DNA from: an uncultured delta proteobacterium
GTDB taxonomy: Bacteria; Myxococcota_A; Polyangia; Fen-1088
Assembly: GCA_963755125.1 (NCBI GenBank)
Contig: CAVWIP010000008.1
Coordinates: 128,001-192,000 of the forward strand
DNA: 64,000 nucleotides
Direction: 5' to 3'
In this document: positions 62,433 through 64,000 of the stretch, in pieces
Layout: every line of letters starts with the position of its first letter
How positions within the stretch are numbered: position 1 is the first letter of the stretch
Notes under the pieces: model-generated
Databases searched by the model: none
Told to the model about the DNA's origin: nothing
Seen by the model: the letters and a program-made list of their open reading frames with translations, nothing else
Program-made: the position numbers and the translations under genes

Positions 62433-63353
62433 TTAGGCCCGCGGGTGGAAGCGGTCGTACACCGTGCGCAGGTGGGCGCGCGACAGGTGCGTGTAGATCT
62501 CGGTGGTTCCGATGTCGACGTGGCCGAGCATGGCCTGCACGGCGCGCAAGTCGGCCCCTCGTTCCACCATGTGGGTAGCGAATGAATGGCGGAGCTTGTG
62601 CGGAGAAATCTCCTTGCGGATCCCGGCGGCGCGCGCGTACGCGCCCAGGATCTTCCAGAAGGCTTGCCGAGTCATGCGGCGGCCCAGCCGCGTGAGAAAC
62701 AGCGCATCCACGGTGGCCCCACGTCCGGCACGCAGAAAGTGCGGCCGCGCACCTTCCCCGTATGACCGCAGCGCCGCCACCGCAGCCTCGCCCAGCGGAA
62801 CCAGCCGCTGCTTTCCGCCCTTGCCCACGGTGGTCAGGTAGCCGGCGTCGAAGTTGATGTCAGAGAGGCGCAGCTTGACCAGTTCGGACACGCGCAGCCC
62901 CGTGGCGTACAGAGTCTCCAGCATGGTTCCGTCGCGCGCACCGCGGTCGGTGCGACGATCGGGCGCAGCCAACAGCCGATCCACTTCGGCGACAGTCAGG
63001 TACCCGGGCAGCGGCCGGCCGAAACGCGGCAGATCCACGTCCTCGGTGGGATTGATCTCGCACAGGCGCTCGGTCTTGAGAAACCTGAAGAACTGGCGCA
63101 ACGCCACCAGCGCCCGGGCCTGAGTACGGGCGGAGAGGGCATTCTCGGTCAACGCGGAAAGGTATTCGAGGATGTGGATGGTGCGGACTGAGGGCACATC
63201 CGAGAGACCCTTGGCCACCGCGAAACGAGAGAAAGCGGTCAGGTCATGGCCATAGGCCGCCAGCGTGGACACGCTCAGCTCACGCTCGACCCGCAAGTGG
63301 TCGAGGAACTGCTGGATAGCGACGTCGAGCGTGAGGCCCACGGGGAGGATCAT
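62433..63353 (-). CDS. xerD: Tyrosine recombinase XerD
   Basis: LYATGLRVSEL, GKGGKQRLVP, TRQAFW, SPHKLRHSFATH, LGH..I.TTEIYTH, HPRA. Confidence 0.93.
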   Translation of the reverse strand: MILPVGLTLDVAIQQFLDHLRVERELSVSTLAAYGHDLTAFSRFAVAKGLSDVPSVRTIHILEYLSALTENALSARTQARALVALRQFFRFLKTERLCEINPTEDVDLPRFGRPLPGYLTVAEVDRLLAAPDRRTDRGARDGTMLETLYATGLRVSELVKLRLSDINFDAGYLTTVGKGGKQRLVPLGEAAVAALRSYGEGARPHFLRAGRGATVDALFLTRLGRRMTRQAFWKILGAYARAAGIRKEISPHKLRHSFATHMVERGADLRAVQAMLGHVDIGTTEIYTHLSRAHLRTVYDRFHPRA

Positions 63354-63409
63354 CGGACGGCAACACGGGAACCGCAATTTTCCGCAAAGAGAGTGCTAGG
63401 CTTGCAGCC

Positions 63410-64000
63410 ATGAAGATATCCATCGGATCGAGGCAGCTGGCCTACGAGTCGGTGGGCAGCGGCCCAGTCCTGGTGCTGCTGCACGCGTTTCCCTTTGACA
63501 GCCGCATGTGGCACAAGACTGCGGCGGCTCTGGCCGGCCAACGCCGGGTCATCACGCCCGACATGCGCGGCTTTGGGCTTTCCGACCTCGGATCGGGCGG
63601 CTCCTCCATCGCCGATCTGGCCGATGACGTGGCCAGTTTGCTCGACGCCCTGAATCTGCCCGCGGCCACGGTAGGCGGCATGTCGATGGGCGGCTACGTG
63701 GCGCTGGCCTTTGCCCGTCGCCATCGCGACCGATTGAAGTCGCTCGTCCTGGCTGACACCAAGGCTGCCGCGGACACGCCCGAGGCTCGCCAGGGTCGCG
63801 AAGCCGCCATCGCGCTGGTGGAGCAACAGGGCGTACCTGCCCTGCTTGAGAAGCAGATTCCGCGTCTCCTGTCGGCTTCGGCGAGCGACAGTCTGCGCGC
63901 CGAGGTGCGCGCGCTGGGAGCCCAGTCGCCCGAGGCGATCATTGCCGCGATCCGCGCCTTGCGCGACCGGCCCGACCGTACCGCCGAGTTGCCCGAGATC
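63410..64000 (+). CDS. Alpha/beta hydrolase (3' truncated by window edge)
   Basis: MKISIG...LLHAFPFDSRMW, PDMRGFG, GMSMGG nucleophile elbow; absent from the ORF track because it has no stop in the window. Confidence 0.9.
   Translation, partial: MKISIGSRQLAYESVGSGPVLVLLHAFPFDSRMWHKTAAALAGQRRVITPDMRGFGLSDLGSGGSSIADLADDVASLLDALNLPAATVGGMSMGGYVALAFARRHRDRLKSLVLADTKAAADTPEARQGREAAIALVEQQGVPALLEKQIPRLLSASASDSLRAEVRALGAQSPEAIIAAIRALRDRPDRTAELPEI

Noticed and set aside
62433..63353. Tyrosine recombinase as a phage or integron integrase
   Set aside because: XerD-specific motifs and housekeeping context; no IntI insertion or phage genes

Overview
High-GC bacterial chromosomal segment with about 58 protein genes. 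No rRNA, tRNA or CRISPR array was recognisable. Gene content suggests Myxococcota/Polyangia (inference): PEGA and RDD Ser/Thr kinases, a myxobacterial-type TPR protein, PilR and PilG-like proteins, two sigma-54 activators and an xerD-S2P-scpAB-rluB block. NfnAB points to anaerobic capacity. Housekeeping genes include leuA, pgeF, rluD, cyclophilin, PNP, sodB, adk, fcl and larBC. Most notable items: (1) two tandem CphA paralogues with complementary motif decay, divergent from a coupled ABC exporter + DUF1854 pair, with no cyanophycinase in the window; (2) a sigma-54 module (ATPase-degenerate sensor kinase, enhancer-binding protein, phased enhancer-like palindromes, two -24/-12 promoters) that appears to drive an ECF sigma and a G-rich ~300-nt transcript without a convincing ORF; (3) an orphan MutH; (4) a 2-kb accessory islet with a HEPN-motif protein coupled to a 12-Cys secreted protein, flanked by attC-like relics; (5) a dispersed structured repeat with a compensatory stem change, located 1 nt after stop codons. 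All calls come from reading motifs by eye; no database searches were run.
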